A stretch of DNA of 64,000 nucleotides from Vulcanimicrobiota bacterium. Its GTDB lineage: Bacteria > Vulcanimicrobiota > Vulcanimicrobiia > Vulcanimicrobiales > Vulcanimicrobiaceae. The notes beneath the pieces were generated by a model that saw only the letters and a program-made list of their open reading frames with translations, was not told where the DNA came from and did no database searches. The position numbers were made by a program, and so were the translations under genes. The stretch is taken from assembly GCA_963812155.1 (NCBI GenBank), contig CAWETW010000005.1, positions 21,734 to 85,733 on the forward strand. Direction: 5' to 3'. Positions 1 to 15,488 of the stretch are shown in pieces. Each line of letters opens with the position of its first letter. The first letter of the stretch is position 1.

Positions 1-1
1 C

Positions 2-2293
<2,292 letters not shown>

Positions 2294-2295
<2 letters not shown>

Positions 2296-3567
2296 GGAGA
2301 AGCGCGCCATTACGCAGTCCGCAAACGCACTCCTACCGGGTGCGGGTTTCGAAACCGGAAAGCTGCTCGCGCCGCAGCAGGCGCTGGTTGCGTATTTTTG
2401 CGCGCGTGCGCGTCGCTGCGCCGCTCGTAGAACGCGTCGCGCTCGACGACGCATCCGGCCGCGTGCTGGCACGCGAACTCTCCGCCGGTGACGACTTTCC
2501 AATCGCGCCGCGTTCGGCGATGGACGGATTCGCATTGCTCGCCGCCGGCACGCCCGGAACGCTGGCGATCGCCGGCGAGGTGCGCATGGGCGAGGCGATG
2601 CGCGCGACGGTTCACGCGTGAGACCGCACTGCGGATTCCGACCGGCGGAACGTTGCCCGACGGCGCCGATGCAGTCGTTCCGATCGAAGAAGCGCGTGCG
2701 GACGCCACGATGGTGTACGTCGAGCGTGCGTTCGACTCAGGCGCGAACGTCATTGCGCGCGGTTCCGACATGCGCCGCGGCGAGACGCTGCTCGCGTCCG
2801 GCACGCGCATCGCTTCGCCGCAATGCGGCCTGCTGGCAGCGCTCGGCGTCGCGCGCGTGGACGTGTATCGACGGCCCGTCGTGGCGGTGTTTTCGAGCGG
2901 CGACGAGTTGGTCGACGTCGAGGAGACGCCCGGGCCGGGACGAATTCGCGACTCGAATCGGTACGCGATCGCCGCATCGCTGCGAGCGATGGGCGCGCAG
3001 GCGCGCCACTATCCGACGGTTGCCCGACGACTCGCGAGTCGTTCGTTCTCGCGCTTGCGGCCGCACTGCACGAGTGCGATGCGATCGTAATGACCGGTGG
3101 ATCGTCGGTCGGGAGAACGCGACCGTCACGCCCGCTGCGGTGGCCGCGCTCGGGGAGCCCGGCGTCGTCGTGCACGGCTTGCGCGTCAAGCCCGGCAAGC
3201 CGACGCTGCTCGGGGCGGCCGGCGGGAAACCGATTCTGGGTCTGCCGGGCAATCCGATCTCGGCGCTGATGATGCTCGAAGCGGTCGGCGCGCCGATCGT
3301 GGCGCGCGCTGTGCGGCGCGCGCCCGCCGGCATATTCCATCGCCGCGCGCTTGGCCGAGCCTCTGCACGGGCGAGCCGATTGGACGTGGTACGTTCCGGT
3401 CGTCGCTGCGGCATGAGGGCGGGGCCTTGCTGGCGCATCCCCTGCCCTTGCGCTCGTTTTCGGTGAGCTTGGCGGCGCGTGCCGGCGGTTACGTCGTCAT
3501 GGACGAGCGTGACGAAGACTGGCCGGCCGGCACGCCGGTCACCGTCCATCAGTTCGTAGGAGCATAA
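2294..3567 (+). CDS. moeA: molybdopterin molybdotransferase (frameshifted; start uncertain, ATG 2294 or ATT 2309)
   Basis: RSAMDGFA, IPTGG..PDGADAVVPIE, SSGDEL, RDSN, TGGSSVG, VKPGKP, GLPGNP. Confidence 0.9.
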
Positions 3568-3576
3568 ACGCACACG

Positions 3577-4677
3577 ATGGTTCGCCCCGCCCCCGCGATC
3601 GACGCGATTCCCGCGACGACGCCGTTCGTCGGTCCCGAGCAGCTCATGCGCGAGCGTGGCCTGCGCGAACTCGTGCGGCTCGGCGCCAACGAGAGCCCGT
3701 TCGGACCGTCGCCGAAGGCGCTCGCCGCGATGGGCGGCGAGCTCCAGCGTTTGGGCTGGTACGGCGATCCCGAATCGCTCGATCTTCGCGACGCGCTCGC
3801 GCGCAAGCACGCGCTGCGATCCCGAGCAAATCGTCGTCGCGTCGGGCATCGACGACGTCATGGGCCTGGCGGTGCGCGCGTTCGTCCCGCCCGGCGGTCT
3901 CGTCGTCACGACGCGCGGCACCTATCCGACGTTGAACTACCACGCGATCGGGTATGGCGCGAAGCTCTCGACCGTCGATTACGCACCCGACGGCACGCCC
4001 GATCTCGATGCCCTGCTCGACGTTGCGCAACGCGAGCATCCGTCGCTGCTCTACCTCGCAAATCCCGACAACCCGAGTGGACGCTTCATCGCACGCGACG
4101 ACGTCGCCGCATTCTATCGCGCGCTTCCGCACGACACGCTGCTTCTGCTCGACGAAGCCTACGCCGATTTCGTCGATCCCGGCGAACTGCCGCCGCAGCA
4201 TTTCGACGAGCGCCTGATTCGCATGCGCACGTTTTCGAAGGCGTACGGCATGGCCGGAGCGCGCATCGGTTACGCGCTGACGGCGGCATCGAACGTGCGA
4301 CGTTTTCCAAAAGATCCGGCTGCACTACGGCATCAATCGCAACGCTCAGGTCGGAGCGCTCGCGTCGCTCTCCGACGACGAGTTTCGCGACCGCGTCGTG
4401 GCCGAAACCGCTCGCGCGCGCGCCGACTACTACGCGCTCGCGTCCGAACTCGGCTGCGACTCCATCGAATCGTTTACGAACTTCGTCTGCATCGACATGC
4501 TGACGGCGCGAACGCGCAACCCGGGTGGTCGACGATCTCTTGCGGCGCGGCGTCTGGATCCGCAAGCCGGGCGCGCCTCCGCTCGACCGCTTTATCCGCG
4601 TGAGCGCCGGCACCGAACCGATGCGCCGCGCCTTTGGTGCCGCATTACGCGCCGTGCTGCACGAGTTGCCGGCGTGA
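3577..4677 (+). CDS. hisC: histidinol-phosphate aminotransferase-like PLP enzyme, class I/II (frameshifted)
   Basis: LGANESPFGPSP, YLANPDNPSG, LDEAY, RTFSKAYGMAGARIGY. Confidence 0.8.
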
Positions 4678-5404
4678 GATACGCGTTCGTCTCCGACGTC
4701 CATGGGAATCTGGAGTCGCTCGAACGCGCGCTCGCGCTAGTCGATGCCGACGACGCGCTCGCGTGTTTGGGCGATATGGTCGGGTACTGCGCCAACCCCA
4801 ACGAGTGCGTGCGGCTGCTGCGCGACGCGACGACCGCACGCGGTTCTTGGCAATCACGATTTAGCGGCGCTCGAGAACTACGGCACCGAGTTTTTCAACG
4901 AGGCGGCGCGCGCCGCAATTGAATGGACGCAGCGCGTGCTCGACGACGAGTCGCGCCGATGGTTGAACGGTCTCTCCGTACGAACTGCGCTTGCCGGAGT
5001 TGCTGATGGTCCACGGCGCGCCGGTCAACTACTTCGAATACATTCTCGACAAGCGCGCCGCGGCGCGGGCCTTCGCTCGCACCGACGCACCGTTGGTCTT
5101 CGTCGGTCATACGCACATCGCGCAGTATTGGGTTCGCGAACCCGACGGGACGATCGGCCACAAACACTTGCAGACCGGCGGTGAGCTGACGCTCGACGCC
5201 GGAGTGCCGCTACATCGTCGACGTCGGCAGCGTCGGGCAGCCGCGCGATCTCAATCCCGGAAGCCTCCATGGCGTTCTTCGATACGGAGCAGAGACTCGT
5301 GCGCTGGGTGCGTTATCCGTACCCGATCGACGCGGTGCAATCGAAAATTCGCGACGCGCACCTTCCCGAACTATTTGGCCGAGCGGCTCGAGGTAGGACG
5401 ATGA
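4674..5404 (+). CDS. calcineurin-like metallophosphoesterase (frameshifted)
   Basis: SDVHGN, LGDMVGY, GNHD, VHG, VGHTH, GSVGQPRD. Confidence 0.9.
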
Positions 5405-5848
5405 GCGACGTTCCCTTCGACGACGGCAACTGCTTTGCGTGCGGTCCCGACAATCGCGGCCGGAATGCATCTGCAGTTCGAGCGCGCCGCCGACGGCGAA
5501 GAAGGCGTACGCGCGGACGTCACGCTCGCGCCGCATTATCAAGGCTGGCGCGGCGTCGCCCACGGCGGCATCGTGATGGCGCTGCTCGACGAGGCGATGG
5601 CGCACGCCGCGGGCTACGCCGGACATCGCGGCGTCACGGCCAGCGTCAACGTGCGGTTTCGCAGTCCGGTTCCGCTCGAGGTGCCGATCGAAGTGCGCGG
5701 ACGCGTCGCGTGGCAGCGGCGCAACGTGCTCGGAGTCGAAGCGGCGATTTACGATGCGACCGGAAGCGTGCTCGTGCAGAGCGAGGGACACGTGGTTTCG
5801 CGCGGGGCGCTCGACGCGGCGGCCGACCGGCGCAATCCGCAGCCATGA
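5401..5848 (+). CDS. PaaI-family hotdog thioesterase (frameshift near 5458)
   Basis: CFACGPDN and QGWRGVAHGGIVMALLDE. Confidence 0.85.
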
Positions 5849-6331
5849 AGTCGAAACAGCAACGCGCAGGGGCGCCGGGGGAGAAACGCGCGCCGGTATC
5901 GATCGACAATCGCCGCGCGCGTCACGAATACGAAGTGCTCGAATCGCTCGAAGCCGGCTTGGTACTGACCGGGACGGAAGATCAAGTCGATTCGCGCGGG
6001 CGGCGTCAGTTTGAGCGAAGCCTACGCGCGCTTTCGCGACGGCGAAGCGTGGCTGTTCGGCATGCACGTTCCCGCCTATCGGCAGGGAAGCTTTTCGAAC
6101 GTCGATCCGAACCGGCCGCGCAAACTGCTGCTGCACCGCGAGCAGATCGTGCGCTTGCAGAGCCGCGTGGGCGAGAAAGGCCTCACGATCGTTCCGCTGC
6201 GGATGTACTTCACGCGCGGTATCGCTAAAGTGCAGCTGGGCTTAGCACGCGGCAAGAAACTCTGGGACAAGCGCGCAGTCGTCGCCAAACGCGACGTCGA
6301 GCGAGAGATCGCACGCCGCGTGCGCAAGTGA
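5845..6331 (+). CDS. smpB: SsrA-binding protein (frameshift near 5980)
   Basis: NRRARHEY, EAGLVLTGTE, RKLLLH, GKKLWDKR. Confidence 0.95.
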
Positions 6332-6338
6332 CGCCGCC

Positions 6339-7226
6339 GTGAGAGGCGCCCGCGCGGAACGCGACGTCGAGCGCGCGATTCGCCAGAGCGGTGCGATCGA
6401 GCGTGGCGAACGCCTCCTGATCGCGTGCAGCGGCGGCCCCGATTCGGTGGCCCTGGCGTGGGCGCTGAGCGAGCTCTCCGGTCCGATGCGCCTGCAGGCG
6501 CGCATGGCATACGTGAATCACGGCATCCGCGAGGCGGCGTGGCAGGACGAATGCGTCGCGGCATCCGTCGCTGCAGCCTGCGGCCTCGAACTCGAGGTGA
6601 TTCGTCCGGCACCCTCGGGTAACGACGAAGCATCGTTACGCGCGTTGCGTTACGAGTCGCTGCTCGAATGCGCGCGGCGCTGCGGCAGCACGGCCGTCGT
6701 GACGGCGCACCACGCGGAGGATCAAAGCGAAACGGTGTTGCTCGCGCTGTTTCGCGGGGCGGGTCGAGACGGTCTTGCCGGCATGCCGGTGCGGCGCCAG
6801 CTCGGCGACGGCATTGCGCTCGCGCGGCCGCTGCTGCGCGTCGAGGCCGGCGCACTGCGGCGCCTCTGTCACGCACGCGCGCTGCCGTATGCAGTCGATG
6901 CGACCAATGCGGACGCCGCGTTCCGCCGCAATGCGGTTCGCGGTGCCCTCGACGCGCTGCGCCCGCTCTTCCCAGGACTCGATGAAGCGGTCGCTCGGGC
7001 GGCGACGCTCGCCTCCGACGAGACGCAGTCGCCGCGGCGTGCCGAGCTTCGGCGGATCGTGCGCGCCTGCTTGGCGGAGCAAGAACAGCTGCGCGACATC
7101 GCCTTTGCCCACGTCGAAGCGGCCGTGCGTGCCCTCGAAAGCGGCCGCAGCGGAAGCTTTTGGATGAAACCCGGAGTTATTCTCGAGGTACGCCAAGGCG
7201 AAGTCTCGGGCATAACCCGGGAGTAG
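6339..7226 (+). CDS. tilS: tRNA(Ile)-lysidine synthetase (short form)
   Basis: SGGPDS PP-loop, TAHHAEDQSET, RPLL, RRNAVR; upstream of ftsH. Confidence 0.92.
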   Translation: MRGARAERDVERAIRQSGAIERGERLLIACSGGPDSVALAWALSELSGPMRLQARMAYVNHGIREAAWQDECVAASVAAACGLELEVIRPAPSGNDEASLRALRYESLLECARRCGSTAVVTAHHAEDQSETVLLALFRGAGRDGLAGMPVRRQLGDGIALARPLLRVEAGALRRLCHARALPYAVDATNADAAFRRNAVRGALDALRPLFPGLDEAVARAATLASDETQSPRRAELRRIVRACLAEQEQLRDIAFAHVEAAVRALESGRSGSFWMKPGVILEVRQGEVSGITRE

Positions 7227-7334
7227 AAAAGGGGCGCCTTCGGCGTCGAGCAACCAGCCCGTCCGCCGGGTGTGTTGAAAGGAAACGATGCCCGCGAAGG
7301 CCCAAGAGTCCCCCGTGTCCCCCGGAAAGGCGAC

Positions 7335-9250
<1,916 letters not shown>

Positions 9251-9254
<4 letters not shown>

Positions 9255-10555
9255 GATTCGGCCGGGCCGTCGCCATCGCGGTGCTCGTTTGCGCATCGCC
9301 GCTCTTGACGGCGCCCTCCGCAGCCGCCGGTGCAGCGCAGCAGCGAGGCTCGCTGCCGCGCGGAGGCGTCTACGTACTCGATGCAAATCCGTCCATCGGT
9401 GCAGCTGCGGTTGCGCTGTGGTTTCGCGCGCCCGGTGCAGGCTACGACAATGCGTCGCCCGGAATCGCGCGGCTGGCGGCGACCGCCGCGGCGGTTGCGC
9501 CGCTGGCGGGCGGAAAATCGCTCGTGGAAGTCGTGCACTCCGCGGGCGGCCAGTTAAACATCAACGCCTATCCCGACATCGTCGGCGTAGACGCGCTCAT
9601 CCCGTCTTCGGGGGTGCGCCGCGTGGTCGCGGCAATGACGGCGGCCTACTTTGCGCCGTCCATCGGCGATGCGGCCGTGAAAACGGCGCAGCGCGATGCG
9701 GCGGTGCTCGCCGTTCAACAGCGCTACTCGACGGATCTCACGCTGCACGACCTGCTCTTCAAGAAAATTTTCTCCAGCGGTCCGGCGCACTATCCGGCGT
9801 TGCCCGATTCGGTTACCGATATCGCGCGCATCTCGCCGCAGAGCATTGCGGACTTCGCCAAGCGCGCGTTCCGGTCGGGGAACGCGCTGCTCGCCATGAC
9901 CGGCAATGTCGACGCTTCAACGATTGCTGCCGTGAGCGACGGTAGCGGCGGCACGATGGATGCGCCGTTCGACTCGGCGCTCTCGGGAGCGACCGGCGAA
10001 ACGACCTCGTCGGGTGAGGTGCCGGGGACCGGTTTGGCGTGGGTCGGTCCGCCGATCGCCGACCAAAAAGCGGCGACCGCGCTCGATTTCGTGGCCGACT
10101 ATCTCTTCCGCGAGCAAACCGGCGTAGTGAGCCGCGAGATCGACGCCGGCAACAAGGATGCCTACGTGATCGGACAGTTCATCACGCTGCACGATCCCGG
10201 CGTCATGCGCGTCACCATCGGGGGCAGCGACGACAAGACGGCCGCGCAGACCGTTCTCGGCGCACTGCAAAAGTTGGCGACGCCGATGGATCCGAAAACG
10301 TTCGGCGCCGCGCGCGAAGCGTTTCTGTACCACATCGCATCCGACACGCAAACGCCCGACGCGCTTTCCGATAATTTGGGCTGGTACGCCTCCGAGGGAC
10401 GGCCGGAGTATGCGCCCGGCGACGACAGTGGCGAGTATCTCCGGGCCGCGCGCGCCCTCGATCCGCAATACGTGTCGGAGGTCGTCCGCAAGTATTTGAC
10501 CGCACCGGTTACGGTGCGGCTCATCACCGTCGCGCCGAAAGGACCGCCGTCGTGA
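9251..10555 (+). CDS. exported M16 (insulinase)-like protein lacking HxxEH
   Basis: Signal-like N-terminus; AVALWFRAPGAGYD..PGIARL matches the M16 N-domain pattern; ATGA-coupled to ftsH. Confidence 0.7.
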
Positions 10556-11895
10556 TCGTACGCGCTCTCTTGTCCGCCACGCTCGCTCTCGCTGCGATCG
10601 TGCCCGTCGCCGCTCGTGCGAGCGGCGAAGCGACGGCGCCGATCGTCGAGCGTCATGGCGGCGGCACGATCGTTCGTCAGCCGGATGCGCGCGCGTCGCT
10701 GGTCGGCATCGCAATCGTCGTCGCGGCCGGCCTCGACCGGCAAACGATGAAGCAAAGCGGGTTGGCAGCCCTCGTCGCACAGACGATTCTCCAGACGCCG
10801 GTCACGTTGCCCGCGCAATCACCGGCAACGATGCCGCTGGAGCAAGCCGTGGCGGCCAGCGGCGGTTCCATCCATTTCGCCGTCGATCCCGAAGACGTGC
10901 GTTTCTACGTTGAAGCGCTGGCCGGGGATGCGTCAACGGCGGTCGGACTCTTTCGTCAGGCGCTCGGTTCGCCGGACTTCCATCCCGTGGTGGTGCGCGA
11001 TGCGCGTGCGGCGCTGATGCGAAAACTCTCGCAGTCGCAGCAATACAACCAAAACGCGCTGCAAGTCGGCCTCGACATGCTCAACGAAGCGTCGTCGTCG
11101 GAGGCGAACGCGGGGCTGCCCGCGCTTGGAACGTCGGGTTCGCTCGCGCAACTCGTGTCGTCCGACGCGCAACGTTTCTACCAGACCTACTACAAGCGCG
11201 GCGGTATGGTCGTCAGCGCCGTCGGACGGCTCGATTCGCTCGGTTCCGATTCGCTCGCGTCGCTCGCGGACGCGTTGCCGGAAGGAAGCACCGCGGCCAT
11301 TTCGGTGCGCGTCCCCTCACTGCGCGGGGCCTCGCGCGAAATCGTCGCGCATCGCGACATCGCGTCGCCGTGGCTGATCGCTCAATACGCCGCGCCCGGC
11401 GTCGAGAGCCGCGACTTCGGGCCGATGCTGGTGCTGGCCGCATTCGTGCGGCGCACGCTGGCCGAGATCGCGCAAGTACCGGGCGTCGTCTCGCCGACGT
11501 TCGCGTCGCGCGCCGTCGGCGCCGACTACAGTTACGACCGCATGCCGGCCCATCTCGTGCTCTACGTCAACGGCGGCATCGGCAACCCGAGCCGCGCTTT
11601 CGCGACCGCGTTGTCGGTCGTCGGCGTGCTCGCCGTCACGCGCCTGCAGGGCTCGATCGACGAGTTCAAAGCCGAGGCGGCGGGCGACTTCGCAACGGGT
11701 GCGACGACGCTCGAGACGCGCGCCTGGCTAGCCGCAGTGTTCGCGCGCAACGATGCGTCGCCCGACTTTTTGGGGCGCGCGCTGCGCGCAATCTCCGCGA
11801 CGACCGCAGAAGACGTGCAGCGCGTCGCGCGCGTCTATTTGGGCAACCCGACGATTGCGCTGGTCCTACCGCGTGACATTGCCCCCCAGAACTAA
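10552..11895 (+). CDS. exported M16 (insulinase)-like protein, second subunit, lacking HxxEH
   Basis: Signal peptide; VAAGLDRQ..SGLAAL, FYQTYY, VSAVG, TAEDVQRVARVYL. Confidence 0.75.
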   Translation: MIVRALLSATLALAAIVPVAARASGEATAPIVERHGGGTIVRQPDARASLVGIAIVVAAGLDRQTMKQSGLAALVAQTILQTPVTLPAQSPATMPLEQAVAASGGSIHFAVDPEDVRFYVEALAGDASTAVGLFRQALGSPDFHPVVVRDARAALMRKLSQSQQYNQNALQVGLDMLNEASSSEANAGLPALGTSGSLAQLVSSDAQRFYQTYYKRGGMVVSAVGRLDSLGSDSLASLADALPEGSTAAISVRVPSLRGASREIVAHRDIASPWLIAQYAAPGVESRDFGPMLVLAAFVRRTLAEIAQVPGVVSPTFASRAVGADYSYDRMPAHLVLYVNGGIGNPSRAFATALSVVGVLAVTRLQGSIDEFKAEAAGDFATGATTLETRAWLAAVFARNDASPDFLGRALRAISATTAEDVQRVARVYLGNPTIALVLPRDIAPQN

Positions 11896-11924
11896 GGACG
11901 AGTTGGGATAAATCCGAGCCTCCT

Positions 11925-13031
11925 GTGAAGGTTGCGCTCGTTCATGATTATCTAAACCAGCGCGGCGGCGCGGAACGCGTCTTCGCCAGCATCGCGCGGG
12001 CGTGGCCCGATGCTCCCGTGTATACCGCTCTCTACGATCCGCGCGCGACCGGCGACCTGGTCGCCCGGGACCGCGTACGGACGTCGTATCTCGCGCGCGT
12101 ACCGTTCGCGAACCGTTCCTTTCGAGCGCTCGCGCCGTTCTATCCGAGGGCGTTCGAGTCGTTCGACCTTTCGGGTTTCGATACGATCGTCAGTTCGACG
12201 ACCGCATGGGCGAAGGGCGTGATCTTCCCTCCGTCGAGCGTCCACGTCTGCTATATCAATACGGTGAGCCGCTTCGCGTTTGCGTACGACGCCTACGTCG
12301 GCGAACTGACGCGTTCGCGCGGCGGAACGGTTGCATCGATGCTCGCGCGCCCGGTCGTCCGCCGGCTCGTCGAATGGGATCGCCGCGCCGCGCAGCGTCC
12401 GACGGCCTTTGTTGCGAACTCCCAAAACGTTGCCGCGCGCATTCGTGCGTTCTACGGTCGCGACGCGGAGGTGCTTGCGTGCCCCGTCGACGTCGATCGC
12501 TTCAGCGTCGGCAGCGGCTCCGGCGATTATTTTTTCATTGCGTCGCGGCTGCTGCCATACAAGCACGTCGAGCGTGCGATCGACGCCGCGCAGGCGGCGC
12601 GCGTGCCGTTGCTCGTCGCAGGAACCGGCCCGTGCGAACGCGCGTTGCGCGCACGCGCGCGCGGGACGACGACGACGATGCTGGGGTTTGTCGACGATGC
12701 GCGCCTCAACGAACTGCTCGGCAAGGCGCGTGCTGCGGTGCTGCCGGGCGAAGAAGACTTCGGCTTGCTGCCGCTGGAGGCGGCGGCCGCCGGGCGTGCG
12801 ACGATTGCGTATCGCTGTGGAGGCGCGCTGGAAACGATCGTTGAGGGAACGACGGGCGAGTTTTTCGACGAACCGTCCGCGGAATCGCTGGCGCGCGCCT
12901 TGCGCGCCTTCGATGCGTCTCGCTACGACGCCCGCACGCTGCGCGCCCACGCGGAGGCGTATGCGCCGGAGCGCTTCATCGGGCGCCTGCGCGCGATCGT
13001 CGACCGCGTCCGCGCCGAACGCCATGCCTAG
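11925..13031 (+). CDS. glycosyltransferase family 4
   Basis: VHDYLNQRGGAERV, SRLLPYK, EDFGLLPLEA. Confidence 0.92.
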   Translation: MKVALVHDYLNQRGGAERVFASIARAWPDAPVYTALYDPRATGDLVARDRVRTSYLARVPFANRSFRALAPFYPRAFESFDLSGFDTIVSSTTAWAKGVIFPPSSVHVCYINTVSRFAFAYDAYVGELTRSRGGTVASMLARPVVRRLVEWDRRAAQRPTAFVANSQNVAARIRAFYGRDAEVLACPVDVDRFSVGSGSGDYFFIASRLLPYKHVERAIDAAQAARVPLLVAGTGPCERALRARARGTTTTMLGFVDDARLNELLGKARAAVLPGEEDFGLLPLEAAAAGRATIAYRCGGALETIVEGTTGEFFDEPSAESLARALRAFDASRYDARTLRAHAEAYAPERFIGRLRAIVDRVRAERHA

Positions 13032-14277
13032 GCCGGAGAAAAGGTGGCTGCTTTTCGCCGTCGCGTTGTTCGTTGCGGTCTACCTTGCGTACGATTTCAA
13101 TCGGCTCTACGCGTTGCGCTACGGCGCCGATTTGGGCACGTATTTGCAAACGCTGGTGAATCTGCGGCACGGCTCGTCGTTTAACTTCGGCGAGTGGCGG
13201 CCGCATTTCCAGGTTCACGACTCCTGGGCCCTCGTCGCGCTCGTTCCCGTGATTGCATTGATTCCGCGGGCCGAAGCGCTGATCGCCGTGCAAGTCGTCG
13301 CCGTTGCCGTAGCGGCGATTCCGCTCGCGCTTTTTGCGCGCGAGATCGGCGTGGCGCCGCGCGCCGCGATCGTCATCGGCATCGCCTATCTCCTGACGCC
13401 TTCGGCACAGGGACTGGCCTACGACAACTTCTCCGAGAACGTTTTCGTGCCGCTACTCGTATTTTGCGGCGCGCTCGCAGTACGGCGGCGTGTGCTCTGG
13501 CCCGCGCTGCTCTGCGCGCTGCTGCTGTGCGGTTTGAAGGAAGACGAGATCCTTTTCGTTGCGTGGTTCGCTGTGGCATGCGCGCTGTGGTGGGACCGGC
13601 GAATCGGCGTGGCGCTCCTGGCGCTGGCCTTCGTTAATGCGGCGGCGTATTGGGGAATCGAAACGCTGCGCGGCGTGCGTCCGAACGATCCGCCGTACGG
13701 CTTCGCGGTGCACGACGTCAGCGGCAAGTTCACGCTCGTGTCGCTGCTGCTCTTACCGTTTGCGCTGGCACCGTTGGCGGTTGGCCGTTGGCTGCTGCTG
13801 GCGCTGCCGCTGCTGGCGGAAATTGTCTTCATGCAGCCGTGGAACTACGAGCCGAGCCGCATCGGGTCGCACTACACGGCCCCGCTGCTTGCGGCGGCGG
13901 CGCTTTCGGCCGCCTTTGGAGTGCGCCGCGTTAGCGGCTTCGCGCGTTGGATGATTCCGTGCGCGCTCGTGGTGACGCTGGTGATCTTCACGGATACGGC
14001 GCTGCGTCCCGGACGCTGGCCGTATATCGTCGACTGGAATGCGTACGCTCGCGCCGTTGCAACGCGCGACGGGGAAAAGGCGGTGACGCTGCCGCGCCGC
14101 GACGAGGGCGTCTGGGCGGTGGCCGCCGTCAATCCGCGGGTTCGTCTCGACCCGCATCCCGATCCGCTCTTCGTCGCCTGTCCCGCGTACGACACGAACG
14201 CGCGCGCATTTTTCGCAAGTCTGCTGGGCCGCATGCCGGCCGCGCTGTGCGGCGGCGTTCCGCTCGAGCCCAAGTGA
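13024..14277 (+). CDS. DUF2079-like polytopic membrane protein (possible GT-C glycosyltransferase)
   Basis: DLGTYLQ...HFQVH, L.KED motif, many TMs; lies between two glycosyltransferase genes. Confidence 0.65.
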   Translation: MPRPEKRWLLFAVALFVAVYLAYDFNRLYALRYGADLGTYLQTLVNLRHGSSFNFGEWRPHFQVHDSWALVALVPVIALIPRAEALIAVQVVAVAVAAIPLALFAREIGVAPRAAIVIGIAYLLTPSAQGLAYDNFSENVFVPLLVFCGALAVRRRVLWPALLCALLLCGLKEDEILFVAWFAVACALWWDRRIGVALLALAFVNAAAYWGIETLRGVRPNDPPYGFAVHDVSGKFTLVSLLLLPFALAPLAVGRWLLLALPLLAEIVFMQPWNYEPSRIGSHYTAPLLAAAALSAAFGVRRVSGFARWMIPCALVVTLVIFTDTALRPGRWPYIVDWNAYARAVATRDGEKAVTLPRRDEGVWAVAAVNPRVRLDPHPDPLFVACPAYDTNARAFFASLLGRMPAALCGGVPLEPK

Positions 14278-15374
14278 TGCCGGACCTCACGCATATTGAG
14301 GTTGCGCGCGCGATGCGCGAAGACCGCGGACGCTTCGCGCGCCTGCGGGACGCGCGCGTGCTCGTCTACTGGCCGCACGGTTTGGGCGATTGGGTCCATC
14401 TCGGTGCGATATTGCCATTGTTGGAGCCCAGCAATGCCTATGCCGTCGCGCGATTCGGCGACGACTATGCGGCCGTCATGGAAAACGATCGCTGCGCGAC
14501 GCCGCTGACGAGCGGCGTTCGCGCGCCAAATACCGGTGCGGAGCTGGGCGCGCCGCATCTGGGCGTCGATTTGCGGAGGCTGCGCGGCGGCCCCGCGACG
14601 CTGCGTTTACCGGCGCCGCTCGACGGCGCCGTGCGTACATTCGCACCCGATACGCTGCTCTGGACGGATTACCCCGAGACCGAAGGCCGCACCGCATATC
14701 CGTTTCATACCAAAGCGCGTAACCTGGCACGACTCCTCGTGCGGCCCGAACGATTGGCGCAGTTCGATCTTTCGCGGCCGCTGCCGAATTCGATCGACTT
14801 CGCGCCGCCGGAACCAACGCAGCACCGCGTCGACGAACGACTCGTTGCGTTCGCACCGCCCGGAACGAAGCTTTGCGTCGTCTCGCGGGCCGGCGTGACG
14901 GCCGCGCGCAAGAATTGGGGCGACGGTTCGCAAGCGCGCGAGTTCGTCGCGCTGCTGCGCCGCGACGATCCGCGCTGGCGCGTGCTTTCGATGGACGGGG
15001 AAACGTTGGGCTACGGCGCCGCAAGTTATCGCGACGTCTTCGGCGCCGTCGACGAACCGTTCGCCCGGGTCTTCAAAGCGGTGCTCGCACGCACCGCGCT
15101 GTTCGCCGGCGTGCCGGCCGGCCCGCTGCACGTCACGATGGCTCGCGGAGGCGTTCCGGTCGTCGGCGTTTGGACCGCACACCACCCCGATTGGTACGAC
15201 GAGCCCAATCCCGCGGCCATTCACCTCATCGGCACCCACGTCCGGGAGCGCCGATTCGATCGCCGGGCGGCGACGGCCACCAAACCGGCCTCACTCGCGC
15301 ACCACGTCGAGTATCTCGAAACGGCAATGCCCGCGGGCTCGGCGGTTTTCGAGGCCGCGCGCCGCCTCACGTAG
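14277..15374 (+). CDS. GT9 (heptosyltransferase)-like glycosyltransferase
   Basis: N-terminal HGLGD; C-terminal FAGVPAGPLHV..GGVPVVGVW resembles the GT9 DSGxxH motif. Confidence 0.55.
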   Translation: MPDLTHIEVARAMREDRGRFARLRDARVLVYWPHGLGDWVHLGAILPLLEPSNAYAVARFGDDYAAVMENDRCATPLTSGVRAPNTGAELGAPHLGVDLRRLRGGPATLRLPAPLDGAVRTFAPDTLLWTDYPETEGRTAYPFHTKARNLARLLVRPERLAQFDLSRPLPNSIDFAPPEPTQHRVDERLVAFAPPGTKLCVVSRAGVTAARKNWGDGSQAREFVALLRRDDPRWRVLSMDGETLGYGAASYRDVFGAVDEPFARVFKAVLARTALFAGVPAGPLHVTMARGGVPVVGVWTAHHPDWYDEPNPAAIHLIGTHVRERRFDRRAATATKPASLAHHVEYLETAMPAGSAVFEAARRLT

Positions 15375-15488
15375 CGGTTTACCGAAGACACCAACGGGTT
15401 TTGCATCAACGGGCAATACTTCGACTTCCGCCAGCGAGGAGCCGAACGGCAAGGTGCCCAACTCGCGCGGCAGGACGGAGGAAATTTC

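Noticed and set aside
5845..6331. tmRNA expected next to smpB
   Set aside because: There is no intergenic space or tRNA-like end here; tilS follows directly.
15470..15482. GCAGGACGGAGGA shared with 26696-26708 (CsrA-site-like, overlapping the SD)
   Set aside because: Much of it is just SD sequence, and 13-mer matches are expected by chance in 64 kb.
15375..15488. Possible riboswitch (GGGCA/TGCCC stem, CAACGGG direct repeat) before the secreted His-containing protein
   Set aside because: The stems are short and match no family I recognise.
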